DNA of 64,000 bases from the human T2T-CHM13v2.0 reference genome, Homo sapiens. Below are positions 12,697-25,600 of the stretch, piece by piece. The DNA lies in the NCBI RefSeq assembly GCF_009914755.1, contig NC_060925.1; one strand, written 5' to 3'. A program made the translations under genes and the position numbers. A model generated the notes under the pieces. That model was not told the origin of the DNA. It saw only the letters and a list, made by a program, of their open reading frames with translations, and did no database searches. The number at the start of each line of letters is the position of its first letter. Position 1 is the stretch's first letter.

Positions 12697-15600
12697 ATCC
12701 TTAAGAAATATGTTGATGCCTGGTTCCCTTATTCAGAATTTTCATTTGATGTGTTGAGAGTGTAGCACAGAAGTTGGAATAAACCTCTCAAACTGATTTT
12801 GATGTGCAACCAAGGTCGGGAACCACCAAGGAAGAGTTTTTATGCATAAAGATTCCTATACTCTATCCTAGAACTAATACATATGAATCTCTGGGAATGG
12901 AGTATAAGACTCGGATTTGAAAAGGTGTCCTTAGTTATTCTAAGGACTGAGCAGTTTGGATACTGGTTTGTTAGAGTAAAATGGTTAGGTACCTAGTATC
13001 AACCTAGCCATCTAACCTTATATTAACAACTAGGAAAATAAAGGGTTGGAGCCTCTGTGTTTCTTTGCTGAAAAATCTGCTGCTATTCTTAGTTCTATGA
13101 AAACAAATTCAAAATTCGGTTATTATCACCTTAAAAGTACAAAACCTATAGATATTGAAAATGCAATTATTTTTCTACAGGCATAGTTAAAATGAGTTTG
13201 TATATATTATAAATCAGTTTCTTTATAAGTCATTTATTTAGATAAATTTTGTTATACTGACATGATTCACTAATTTTCTAAATATAAATGGTTCAGCTCT
13301 CAGTTATTTTTAAACTAAAGAGCTGTGTTATACTTATTATTTCTAATTGGCTTTTATGATGTTTTAGGTTTCTTTTGAATCCCGTGTCCTTCAAGTGCTT
13401 TCCAACTTTGAGAAGAAGAAATTGACCACCCGGACTATGGAACTGTGCGTAACAGCTTTGAAAGTGTATTTAAAAATTAAATCTGTATGCCTTTAAATCA
13501 GTGAATTGGAAATATATTACATGTATTTTAATGACTTTCCTCAAATACAATAAATTGTTTTCTTTCCAATGGAATGGTGTTTGTATTTTTTCTTTACCTG
13601 GTTTAACACATGTAGGAGAACATAACTAGATGATTACATCAAATTCTTTTTAAGGCAATTTTATAATATATTTTATTTATGATTACAAAAACTGCCTTTT
13701 AAAAGTTCTTGCCTGGATATGAATGCAGTTTCACATTTTTTAAATTGTAATCTTGCTTTTTGTAATTATTTTATATTTGTCTGGCTTCGAGTTTTATTGG
13801 GTTTTAGTTTTTTGGAAGTGGGGGATTTATCCCAATTTAGAAATTTGTATCCTTGCCGTAATACAGTCTACCATTTTTGTTCTCCCAGATCTTTCATCTG
13901 TCAGAACATCACTCAAAGGTGAAAATATTTCCCACATAAAATTATTCTTTTCCTTTAGTGAAATTAGTTCCAGCTGTATATACGTAGGAAAACATTCTTC
14001 TTTTTATTCGATTCATTCCTATAGGTACGTTCCTGGGTCTGTGATTACACCTTTACCTTAGAGGCACTGCCCAAAAAGACTCAAGTCTTGTGTAAAAATG
14101 CTGTTGTGGATCATAGCTTCCTACCTTTTACAGCATCGTGAGGCAGGGAGAGTAAGAACATTAGAGACAGGAATTAGAGGCATGGAGAAATGAACCCTGG
14201 AGCATCCCAATGGTGAGATATAAAATAGTTCAAGAACTATTAAAGAAGACTAAGGAGGAATAGCTAGAAGCTAAATGAAGAAAGTATCTCAAATAGGAAG
14301 GAGTGATCAAATATTTTAGCTGTGTTGATGAGTTAGGAAAGATGAGTTTTTGGATTAAGCACTGGGTAGAGCAACCTTTGGGACATTGACGTTGACCAAC
14401 TTGGTGGATATCAGGAGTAAGAGGAGGTACTCAAGAGAATGTTGGAGAGGAATTTAATATAGTGAGTATTGAAGACAACACTTAAGGAGTCTTGCTTTCA
14501 AGGGGATGTGAGAAATGGGTTGTTAATGGAGGGTAATATAGCATCAAAAAGCTGTTTATTTTAAGATCGATGATATAGCAGGTTTCTATGCTAATGGGAC
14601 TGATTCAGTAGACAGAAAAAGCATAATGCAGGAAACAGAGGGATATTGATGAAGACATAGACCTGGTAAAAAAATAGAAGGCTTGGTTTTAAAGATAGGC
14701 ACACAAACAGCTAATTACTAACAGTAGGATGTACGTCAGATTATGGAGGTCCAGATGTTTGTAGTTCAGTAGATAGGAGGAGCATGTCAAATTTTTGTGA
14801 TATTTTCTCAGTGAAATAGGAAGCAAGCTCATAAAAAGGGAAGAAATCACGAAGGATTAAGGAAGGAAAAAGAGATGTAAAATGAATAGCTAGGAATGTA
14901 CAAAAGTAAACAAACTCTTGGCAATCTGTGGTTTATTTAAGTGGTATTAGTCAATGTGGTTTCGTGTTCTTTTCCAGTTCAGTTCAGCAGAGGCGCTATC
15001 ACTGAATAAGTACAGAATTCAGTTTAACTAAAGGTGAGATTTCTCTAGGTGAATAAAACAGTCAGTGATGAGATGTTCATACATTTAGGAGAATGATTAT
15101 AAAAGAGGGATATGGAAAGTAATCTGGGTTAAGGAGTGAAGTGAGAAAATAAAGAAGGTTGAGACAGTGGAAAATGGTATCATCAATTGTAGATTGCAGT
15201 GTGGTTGACGATGCAATGGAGTTCTCGAGGTAGGAACTAGAAATTTGGGAGATTTAGATAAGAGTGGGTTGATTGAAATTGGAAGTATTAGAGGATAATA
15301 GTATATAATAGTACTAAGTATAGTATACTAAGTATAGTAGCATAGTGCTAAGTATATACTATCTTGTGAGTATAAGTTTTAGGATGTGAAGATGGGGGTA
15401 GCATAGAGGCAAAGTGATGGAAGGAGATGAGTTAAAGGAATTGAGAACCTAGGAGACTGAAAGGATTATCTAAATGAATTTTGAAATCTCAACAAGAGCT
15501 GTGCTGAGTGCTTGTAGTCATTATTTTATGTTTACTACTCTGTGAGAAGACAGCACTTCCTTTTGTGAGTAATGGAAAGTTCTTTCATGTGTCAATTGTA

Positions 15601-15843
15601 AGATACTTTATTAGGTTCAATTATCTTTAGTAATGCATACTAAAAAATAGTGAGCTCAGTGGGATTATTCAGTAGATATGTGAGCTAACCCCCTCTGTCA
15701 GACACCTAAGAGGTAGAACTGATGGTCTTCAAGAGGAATAGAGACTTCTCATCCTAAGTGTGTAAGCTGTGAAATATCCCACCCTATGTTTTCTGAAAAC
15801 AAACGTTATATAGAGTGTCCACATAAAAGCTAACAGGAAATCT

Positions 15844-15856
15844 CACACACACACAG

Positions 15857-15885
<29 letters not shown>
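15844..15885. repeat. (CA)n microsatellite
   Basis: About 20 CA units with one interruption. Confidence 0.92.
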
Positions 15886-15888
<3 letters not shown>

Positions 15889-16056
15889 CATTGAAAAACT
15901 TCAGGAAAGATATACCCTGTACCCAACATGAACGAGGTCAAAGCAATGAAGAAAAAGCTAGGAAATCAAATAAGTCTAGAACAACTGTGACTAATATATA
16001 AAGATTTGAGGTGGTTATATCCATTTAAATGGTATCAATTAGAAAGGAAAAAAAGA

Positions 16057-16340
16057 GGCCAGGCACAGTGGCTCATTTCTGTAACGCCAGTACTTTGGGA
16101 GGCCAACACAGGCAAATCAACCTGTGGTCAGGGGTTAGAGACAAGCCTGGCCAACACGGTGAGACCCCGTCTCTACTAAAAATACAAAAATATTTGCTGG
16201 ACTTGGTGTCGCGTGCCTGTGCTCCCAGCTGCTTGGGAGGCTGAGGCAGGAGAATTGTTTTGACCCAGAAGGGGAGATTGCAGTGAGCTGAGATTGCGCC
16301 ATTGCATTCCAGCCTGGGTGATGGAGTAACATCCAAAAAA
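16057..16340 (+). mobile_element. Alu (S-type)
   Basis: Dimeric Alu consensus with a short A tail. Confidence 0.9.
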
Positions 16341-16899
16341 AGGTATTTTACATAAGAAATTTTATTTTATTTTTCTGTAAATTATAAAATAGCACTTAAT
16401 ATGGAATTTATATACCAGAATCTTTGAATATCCAAAATTTAAGATGAGAGCAATTTTGAGAAACTTTTCAAAGCTTAGGAAAAGGTAACTACATAAAACA
16501 CCATTATGTGTTATTTATGGGTACATTAGATGAAGTAAGTCACAAAAACACGCATAGAAATGATCATATAAACTTGCAAGAAATTGAATGTCTTGCTATT
16601 GAAGGAAAGGTTGAGGTGTAAGAGATTGAGGTTGAGTGTGAGAAGCTCTGTATATATTGTATTTTTCTTAAAAATATATATTTAAACTCACATTTCTTGT
16701 TTTTCAAATGTTCACTCCAATGAAAATTCTTTTACTTTTCCTGTTAGAATTTTTATTTCCACTCTCACATATGCAGTGTACTATTGTTCAGAAATATTAG
16801 TGATCCTCCTTGCAAATGAATACTCCCATCCTGCTGATTTTCAGAAGGTCCAAGTGATTTGCTTTGGCTGTGAAATGTAAGCAGAAAGAGTGTTATTTT

Positions 16900-17112
16900 G
16901 GGGACTTCCCGATTGCAAAACAACATAGTATCGCAACTTTTGACATAGCATTTACGTTGCATTAGTCATTATAAGTAATCTGAGATGATGTAAAGGTTAT
17001 ATGGAAATACTACATTTTATATAAAGGACTCGAGTAGTTATTGCTTTAAGTATCCATGGTGGGTCCTGGAACCAATTCCTCATGGATATGGAGGCACAAG
17101 GAACCACTGTAG
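16900..17112. mobile_element. MER2-like TcMar-Tigger DNA transposon remnant
   Basis: GCATTTAC.TTG.ATTAG..ATTATAAGTAATCTGAGATGAT...GTCCTGGAACCAATTCC. Confidence 0.65.
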
Positions 17113-17158
17113 TTAAACAAATAATCACTTTAAAACTTAAAACCTTTTGCATGGTGAG

Positions 17159-17445
17159 TACAGTCATGCACCGCATATATGATGGTGGTATAGTTAAGTT
17201 TATTATGCCATACATTTATTGGAAGTTTCCTATGTTTAAATGTATTGAGATACACAGCTACACTGCTTTACAGTTGCCTATAGTATTCAGTAAAATAACA
17301 TGCTTTACAGGTTTGTAGCCTAGGAGGAATAGGCTATGCAATCTAGGTTAATGAAGTCCATTCTGTGATATTTGCACAGTGGCTTAATTACCTAAGGGCT
17401 TTGTCTTCAGAACATACTCCTGTCATTAAGGAATGCATGAGTGTA
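17159..17445 (+). mobile_element. Tigger3/MER7-like DNA transposon remnant
   Basis: TA-CAGTCATGCA...TGCATGAGTG-TA imperfect terminal inverted repeats; internal ACAGGTTTGTAGCCTAGGAG. Confidence 0.7.
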
Positions 17446-17749
17446 GTTGGACAAAAAATAATAATGCAGGCATACCTTTGGCACTGTCCTAATTCTTACC
17501 AACATCCATGATTGCTTAAATTTGCACTGGAAAGACTTCAAAAAACAGTGATATATTAGGACAGTATATTTCCAATACATGACAAATGATAACAACATAA
17601 GAACTCAAAACATTCAATAAGAAAGAACATAACAATTAAAGCAAAACTAGATGGGAAAAGGAAGAAGCAAATTTCAAGAGAAAACTCAAAAGGCCAAAAA
17701 GTGTGAAATGATGTTCAGCCTTGCTAGTAATTGGGAAAAACACAAATCT

Positions 17750-18058
17750 CTTTTTTTTTTTTTTTTTTTTTTTGAGAGGGAGTCACCCTCTGTCGCCAAC
17801 ACTGGAGTGCATTGGGGCGATCTGGGCTCACTGCAAGCTCTGCCTCCCAAGTTCACACCGCCATTCTCCTGCCTCAGCCTCCAAAGTAGCTGGGACTACA
17901 GGGGCCCGCCACCATGCCTGGTTAATTTTTTGTGTTTTTCGTAGAGACAGGGTTTCACCATGTTAGCCAGGATGGTCTCCATCTCCTGACCTCGTGATCT
18001 GCCTGCCTCAACTTCCCAATGTTCTGGGATTACAGCTGTGAGCCACCGTGTCTGGCCC
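17750..18058 (-). mobile_element. Alu (Y-like)
   Basis: Poly(T), then antisense Alu with CTGCAAGCTC and TTAGCCAGGATGGTCTC. Confidence 0.92.
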
Positions 18059-18476
18059 AAATCATTTTTAATCTATTAGGCAAAAATTAGAGCTATGATA
18101 ATATTCATTTTTGGTGGGAGTGTGGCAAAAGGTACTATAACAGAATGCTACTAGAGAGTAAACTTTGATACATTTGTAAGGGCAATTTTGCATAATATGA
18201 AAATTTAAAAATATGCTTCCAGTTTCACATACGTTTATCTAGCATACAGAATTACCCATGTGTAAACATGTATACAGATGTTCATTATAACACTTCTTAT
18301 AAAAACAAAATATTTGCAAATATTCATATGAACAAGTGCATACATATGATCTTAGTCCAGTTAGAATTTTCTGTTTTATTTCAATCCTTTAAAAGACTCA
18401 ACTTCTGATTCTATATAAACAATTCAAAAAAGAATGTGTTTTCCCTATGTGCATTTGGTCAGGTAAATTAAAAAAT

Positions 18477-18550
18477 ACACCTCATGCTAGCCTCACAAAA
18501 CTGGAATAAGCCTTGGGAAAGAAGTTGTCCTTGAAGCTTGTATCTGACAT
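18477..18550 (+). pseudogene. Gamma-actin processed pseudogene, 3'UTR piece left of the provirus
   Basis: ACACCTCATGCTAGCCTCACAAAACTGGAATAAGCC...CTTGAAGCTTGTATCTGA matches the ACTG1 3'UTR as I recall it, and continues directly into 26392 once the provirus is removed. Confidence 0.85.
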
Positions 18551-19019
18551 TGTAGCAGGACGAGCCGCAGAAAAAACCTCTCAGACACTGAGTTGTAGAA
18601 GGAAGGGCTTTATTCAGCTGGGAGCATTAGCCAGCTACTGTCTCTAAATCTGAGCTCCTGGAGTGCACAATTTCTGTCCTTTTTAAGGGCTCACAACACT
18701 AAAGATTTCACATGAAAGCTTTGTGATTGATTTGAGCAAGCGAGGTATACATGACAAGGACTACTTGCCCCGGTGGTCAGGGAGAAACAGAATATGGAAG
18801 AGAGTTTCACAATGTTCTTCTACACAATATCTGGAATCTGTGAATCACATCGGCTTCTAAATCATAAGTGGATGTTCAACTACTGGGTTTAGGCCAACCA
18901 GGCCCAGGTCTGTTTTTGGGCCTGGCGCCGGGCTGCCTGTCTTTGGTTTTATTTCCTTGTTGTTTTTACTGAATAGAAAACAATGTAAAACAAGAGGAGA
19001 GGGTCTTTCTCCTCTCTCA
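18551..19019 (-). repeat. HERV-E 3' LTR (LTR2 family)
   Basis: Direct repeat of 25943-26391. On - it is preceded by a purine tract (AAAGAAAGAAAA, about 19020-19032). Confidence 0.93.
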
Positions 19020-19039
19020 TTTTCTTTCTTTGAGACTTT

Positions 19040-20997
19040 CACTCATTTTTATTAGTGGGAGCTGTCACTTTTATGATTTATGTTCTTCTGTGCAATAGAT
19101 TGATAGCCATTTATATTGTATGCTTGTGCTGAAGGCTTTTGGTGAAATAAGGGAGAGACGAAGTTTTTTATGATTTGGAGAAACACAGGTATCAGACAAG
19201 GGAGCAGTAAGCAGGTTCCTATTACTATTATTACCTCTATTATAAGAGTTTTAAATCCTCCTATTGCTGGGAACTACTTTCTAAACATGGCTCCTGGATT
19301 GAGTCTGTGCCAGCCTTGCACGAGTACATGTGCCAGTTTTGTTATATCCTTAAGTATATGCTCAACTACTTGTTCTTTATCATCTATGTGTAGGCAACAT
19401 GTTTCGTCAGATTCTCTCGCCAGGCAAGAACAGTCAAGGCTTGTTGGGTTTTATTAGTAATAATTTCTAAAGCAGCTTGTAACCATATGAGCATGTAGAT
19501 AGGGGTTGGATATCCTCATGAGCCATCTTGTACTTAAGTGGCGGGTCCATAGTATTGTATGATTCTTTCAGGGGTGCATTCATCATCTTTCTAACCACTT
19601 ATGGCTATGCTTCATTTTGCCTGGGAAGCATAGACTGGGAAGCCTACAAGTTCAACTGTTTTTATGGGCAGTAAGAAGAAAGATGGCTTCATGGTGCCAA
19701 TTACACAGCCACACGCCCACTGGTCAGGCAGCTTAGCATAAGCTTTGTGTCTACATATCTAGCATAACCTAGTGGGGGCCGTCCAGTCCTGGTGGAATTC
19801 TGGATGGGCCTAAACAGTCTGCAACTTTGGAAATTTGCTGAATGCATTTCTTTCTGTGTAATTGGAACTGTACCATGTAACTGTTTTTGTGGCACCATTA
19901 TACAGGTTTTGCCTAAGACAAATAAGCCGCCTTACGGGATGAGTAAATCCTTTTCTTTCTCTAGCTACGCATTACTGTCTAATAATTGTGACTTTTAGAA
20001 ACTAAAAATTGTCGGGGTTGTTCTTTTGGGATGGAATTCGTGAGGAACTCCATCTGTAGGAACTAATTCTTGGGCTTCTTATGGCCATTGATCTCCTGTT
20101 ACAGTCCTTCCACAAACATCACATGAAATGACTTGTAGAGACTGGGCTACATGTTTGGCTAATTGCAAAAACAAATTTTTAGTTTTTTTCAGAAATTTCA
20201 GGTATAGGCACATTGAATTCATCATAGAAAGTGTGAAATACTTGTCCTGGTGAGCGTTTTTGAACTTCTTCTTTTATCAGGATGCTTACACTAGAATCTA
20301 GTCCTTTTCTATCAATGCCTAATGTTATATATTTTCTTTTATTCCACTTTGGATCTGAGGGGTTTGTGATGATCAATTTTAAAGGGTTGCAGCTCCCACT
20401 TGTGCAAGAGGGGCTGACTTTTCTTTTTTGGAGCCAAACAGGATCTTTTTTATCTTTCTTCTAAGTAGCCTAACTGACGCAATACCACTATTGACACATC
20501 GAACATAAATATGGTTCTTGACAGATGTACTTATTTTCTGTGTGTAATTTTTCCCAAATTTAGAGAAATGCATCTTATCCTCTGCTGTTTAGTATTAATA
20601 GTGGCACGAGCATCAAATTTTAAAGTTACATTTGTGGGGACTCTTCTTTCTTCTGTTCTAGCTATCACTTTACTTGTGTTACTTAGAGAAGGACCAGTTC
20701 TTAGTCTTACTTCGAAGACTGTGATCATGGGGGTTTAGAGGGGTCATAGCACACATCGGGCTGGTCACTTCCTGGATTACATACTTAGTACTGGGTGTTA
20801 TTATACAAACAGGTTCTGTTTGGAGTTCTTAGGCATTCATAATAGCTGTAAAATAAAACGATCATCTTAACTTGTCCTTCTTCAGTGTCCTGATGTATGC
20901 ACTGAAGGCAGTCCTCTGTGTGGGAAGAGGTAGTGGAAGCTTTTACCACACAGGTCCATGTTATAAGGACAATAAGTCCTACGACGATTTTCCTCAT
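19040..20997 (-). pseudogene. HERV-E env remnant
   Basis: Signal-peptide-like MRKIVVGLIVLITWTCVVKAS at 20997. TM motifs LQAALEIITNKT and CCLHIDD at about 19370-19485. Frameshifted. Confidence 0.88.
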
Positions 20998-20999
20998 GC

Positions 21000-23900
21000 T
21001 TTGGCCATGTGTAGTCTAGTCAGCTTCGTGGTGTGATTGGAGCAGGGCTTGTCATTTTCTTCAAGGTCACTTTTCAGGGATTGTCCAAGTTTGGTTTGGC
21101 CTCCTAGGTCTCAGCGGCTGCAGGCTTCATGAGGCTGTGGTGAATCTAGGCTGGGATTCCTTCTACATTGACAGCTGTGGGAGTGGTCAGGTTAATTGTC
21201 TGGGGTCCTTTCCACTGTGGCCACAGCGGAGCCACGTTCCAGTCCTTGATCCACACAATGTCACCTGGAGAAAAAGGGTGAACTGGGGAGAATCAGCTGC
21301 CTGGGCACCTCTCATTTACTCAAGTTGAGATAGTCTGAGTAATTTTCCCTAAGGCCTGTAGCTGCCGCTGTAATGCAATCTCACCTAACTCTTGGGGAGT
21401 ACCTGGAAGCCCTCCCAGTATGGGAGGAGGCCTATGATACAGAATTTCAAAGGGGGAGTATGCTGTTCTCTTAGAAGGGGTACACTTAATTTTAAACAAT
21501 ACTATAGGAAGGACTTGTGTCTATTTTAAATTTGTTTCTTGACATACTTTCCAGAAACTTTTTCTGATAGTTCGATTCATTTGCTGCACTTTCCGGAACT
21601 CTAAGGTTGGTAAACGGCATGTAACTTCTATGAAATTCTTAATACCTTTGCCGTCTTCTGTATCAAGTCAGCAACAAATGCTGGCCTATTATTTGAGCCA
21701 ATTCGTAGAGGCAGTCCAAACCTAGGGATGAAATTTTGAAGAAGTACACAGGTTACTTCAGGAGCTTTTTCAGTTCATGTTGGATAAGCCTCCACCTACT
21801 TAGAGTAAGTACACACTAGAACCAGTAAATACTTGTTACTTCTACATTTAGGCATTTCTGTGAAGTCCACTTGAAGATCTTCAAAATGAGCTGCTCCAGA
21901 GGCTTCTATTCCCCGAGGTACAGAGGGGCCTTGCTTCGCATTGTGCTGTCCACAGGTAAGGCATCACTGCGCTACTGTTGTAGCAACAGCTGGCAAGGGT
22001 GAGATGTAGAAATACTGGCCTAACAGCTTTTCAAGTGATTCTTGGCCTCAATGGGTAGTTTCACATACAGTCAGCATGACTGTATAGCAGCGGTGGCACT
22101 GCTATTCTTCCATCTGGTAACTTTATGTATCTTTCCTTTATTGTTTGTCCTCTCTCTGTCTGAAAAAATTCTTTTTCCTCTTTAGAATAAGTTGGCACCA
22201 GATCAAGCATTTGAAGGAGTAGCAGGGCTGTGACTGATGCCTGGTAAGGAGTAGATGCTGCTTTTCCTGCCTCTGTGTCTGCTCAGGGCTTTCCTTGGCA
22301 AACCGAAGCGGAAACTCGCTGATATCCCCTGCAATGCATGAATGCCACCTTTTGGGGTTTCTACACTGCTTCTAATCATTGTAGAATTTCTTGCTGACAT
22401 TTTATGTCTTTTCCTCTAGAATTTTTTCCTTATACAATGCTCCACATACTTGAAGGGTTAGAAAGGCATATCAAGAATCAGTATAGATGTTTACAATCTT
22501 AGGTTCACTGAGTTCCAGAGCCCGAGTTAGAGGAATGAGTTCTGCTTTTTGGGCTGAAGTGCTCTGAGGCAATGGCTTAGCTTCAACAACATCATCTAAG
22601 TTTACTACTGCATATCCTGCACACCTTTCTCTTTGCGGGTTGATGAAGCTGCTTCTGTCCATGTAGAACTCCTAATCTACCAATGCCTATGGCTGGTCTC
22701 AAAGATCTGGTCTGCTAGAATAGACATAGTCCAACACCTCTACACAGTTATGTTTAACAGGGCTGTCTGATACTGGGAGCAAAGTGGCAGGATTTAAAGA
22801 ATTACAGACTTCTATGGTTATACATTGATTTTCACATAACAAGCTTTGGTGTTTAGTTAATGTAGCATTTGTTAGCCAATGGTGTCTTTTGGTGTTCCTT
22901 AGAGTTACATTAGAGTCAGCTTGGGCTGACATAAGTTTTTCTTTTAACTTATAAGTCTTGTTGTTGTAGAGACCTCTATTTAAAAGGCTCTCGGTCACCC
23001 CCTTTATAACTCCATTCAATGCTTTGGCTAACACCACAAAGTTTGGAATCTGCAGTCTGCAAAAATCTCACAGCTCCTAAATGTTCTCTTATTTGCCTCC
23101 TGGTTTTAGGTTCTGGTAAGCTGCAGATGACCTGCTTTCTTGCTGACCATAGACTGCACTCCCCTTTTCAAATAGTGAATCCTAGGTAGTGTACCTGCTG
23201 TCTGCAGATCTGAGCTTTCTTTTTGGGCACTTTATATCCACAGTCCTCCAGGTGTCGAAGCAGGGCACCCGTCCTTTTTGCACACCTGACTGCCATGGAG
23301 TGTCCTAGCAGAAGGTCATCTACATACTGGAGCAGGATGCAACCTAGGTCTTTAGCAGGAAACATTTGGAGGTCTCCAACCGAGGCCTCCCCAAAGATGG
23401 TGGGGGACTTTTTGAACCTTTGGGAAAGTCGAGTCTAAGTGTACTGAATGGTGACATCTGACTCCGGATCTTCCTACTGAAAGGCAAACAGCTTTTGGCT
23501 CTCAGGAACTAGCCTGATGTGAAGAAGGCATCTTTCAAGTCCTGTACGGGTCGATAGTCTTTGGTCCTTGGTTTAGGGACAGGTAGGAGGTGGGTGTTCC
23601 ATGGAGACTGGCAAGGAACTAGAATTCCAGAGGCTTTTAAGCATATAAGATGAGTCTCTATTCCTTTAAAGGCTTCCCTGGGAACAGGATACGGCTTTTG
23701 TCCAATTGGCTAGGTCGTAGGCTAAACTTCTATGAGTACGGGGGCTTGATTGATTGCCAGCCTCAGAGGATTGTCCTCCATCTCTACTCAGAGCCGTCAC
23801 TCAGCTGGAGCCACTTTTATTTCCTGAGCTGGCTCAGTTAGCAAAAGTCTCCACTCTTCTTCCTGGGGGACTGGAAGGGCCATGATGACTCCTATTTCTG

Positions 23901-24240
23901 GCAACTCCAGCTGTAAAGTGCCTTGTTTTGTCAAGGAAATGGTGGCTCTTAACTTGCTAAGCAAGTCTCTTCTCAACAAAGGCAAGGGACAGTCAGACAT
24001 ATACAGAAATGGATAAATCACTTTGTGTCCTCCCACTGAGCAGTTGCGCGGTAGACAGAAGTCCTGCTTGGTAGAGACTCCTGTTGCTCTAATTCTATCA
24101 ATGGTCTTTATAGATGAGGGGGCCACTGGAGTGCTTACTACTGAGTGTTCGGCTCTTGTATCCACTAAAAACTTAATGTCTTTGCCCCTTATTGTCATCC
24201 TGACCATGGGCTCCTTGGGGGCATTTGAGCCTGTTCCCCT
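21000..24240 (-). pseudogene. HERV-E pro-pol remnant (protease, RT, RNase H, integrase)
   Basis: Protease FLVDTRAEHS (active-site DTG changed to DTR), RT LQYVDDLLL in 23168-23365, RNase H TSAQKAEL...VNIYTDS in 22471-22662, and integrase-like sequence at about 21050-22050. Fragmented. Confidence 0.92.
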
Positions 24241-25600
24241 TAATTCTAGCAGCCCCTCAGCTAGATTGAACAAAATCCTTTCATCTTGGTTTGAGGTCTT
24301 TGGCTCTGCATCACTCTGATTTTCTTTGAGTTGGGGACATTTATCTTTCTAATGTCCTATTTCTTTACAGTAGGCACATTAGTCATGCTGCAAATGTGAG
24401 TGATTGGACAGGGCATTCCTCCCAGAACCCCCTTTTTTCTGCCTTTTCAGGAGAATTCCTCTAATTGTCACAGCCAGCAAACTAGCGTTTCACCTGGCCT
24501 GGCGTTCGCCCTCCTTACGGCTTTCTTGGCCGCTTGTTGCATCTCTATTTACAAATACTTCATTAGCTCTTTCCAGTAACTGCAAGGTTTTCATTCCTGC
24601 AAACCTAGCCTGTTTTTGCAATTTTCTCTGGATATCTTCTGCACTCTGAATAACTAAGGCCGTATTAATCAACAGCTGATTTTCAGGACTCTCCAGATCG
24701 AAAGGAGTGTACATGCAATAGGCCTCACACGGTCTTTGATAGAACTGGGCTGGGCTTTCCTCCTTTCCTTGGATGACTTCAGAAACTTTATTTACATTGG
24801 TACCCTTTTGAGCCCCTTTTTTCAACCTTTCAATTAATGCCTCTCGGTACCCTCTTAGCCTTTCCATATCTGGTCCTTCATTTGGATCCTATTGAGGGTC
24901 CGTTCCTGGCAGCTGAATTCTTATGTATTCTTGGGGACTTTGATAATTGGCTGGGATGTGCTCCTCCAGCCATTTAACTGTTGCCTGCAGCACCTGTTGC
25001 CTTTTATGTGTTTTAAAGAGGTACATGAGTAGCTGGTGGCAATCAGCCTAAGTAGGATTCTGAGTCTGGATAATTCTTTGAAGCAAGTCAATTAGGGCTT
25101 GAGGCTTTTCAGTGTAAGATGGAGTGTTATTTTTCCAGTTGAGTAGTTCAGCAGAGGTAAAAGGGTGATACACAAAAGCATGCCTTTCTACCGTATGTCT
25201 GACCTCATCTGTCCTAGTATATCGCTGCTCTCTCAGGGCATTTGAATTCCCGTCTTGGGCCGTTAAGCGGGCTGCCAGGGAAGTGGATTTTCCCGCAGTT
25301 TCACTTTTGTTCTTGTCTACTCTGGGTGGTCTAGGGGCTGTGGGCTCAGGAGAAGGGGGCCTCCCCACTGGATAAGGGGTTGAGGGCACTGTTGGTGCCA
25401 TCTCCTGCCTTGAGTCCTCGAGCTCTGGGTCAAACAGAACTTTAGGTGCTGGCTTCTCTTGGCCGGTGGAGCGAGAACTTTCCTGAAATAAATGTCCCTT
25501 TGCTACTACTACTGCTGCTGCCTGTCCTTTTACCACTGTAGAGGATCTAAAACTAGCTGTAACTAGGAATCTCTATATGGAAATTGATATGGGTGCAGGC
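24241..25600 (-). pseudogene. HERV-E gag remnant
   Basis: ORF pieces 25048-25536 (ELLNWKNNTPSYTEKPQ) and 24490-24867 (MHR-like QGKEESPAQFYQR). A broken zinc knuckle CAYCKEIGH*KDKC is at about 24340-24380. Stops and frameshifts throughout. Confidence 0.9.

Larger units (their letters stand above)
1..14178 (+). repeat. Amylase upstream flank block, paralogous (inverted, diverged) to 39270-54261
   Basis: Same order of L1/Alu/MaLR and unique sequence in reverse complement, e.g. ORF 2597-2797 vs 51580-51780. Identity is roughly low-to-mid 90s percent by eye. Confidence 0.93.

Noticed and set aside
15295-15365. Short imperfect repeats of TAGTA/CTAAGTATA
   Set aside because: Low-complexity slippage product with no regular repeat-spacer structure; not CRISPR-like or otherwise functional.
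14180-15500. Purine-rich stretch, possibly an old L2 element
   Set aside because: Too decayed to assign a family or boundaries by eye.
23797-24273. ORF crossing the gag-protease boundary with no stop (TTA at 24241-24243), suggesting a constitutive Gag-Pol fusion
   Set aside because: Upstream gag is broken, the protease active site is DTR and pol is frameshifted, so no functional product is expected.
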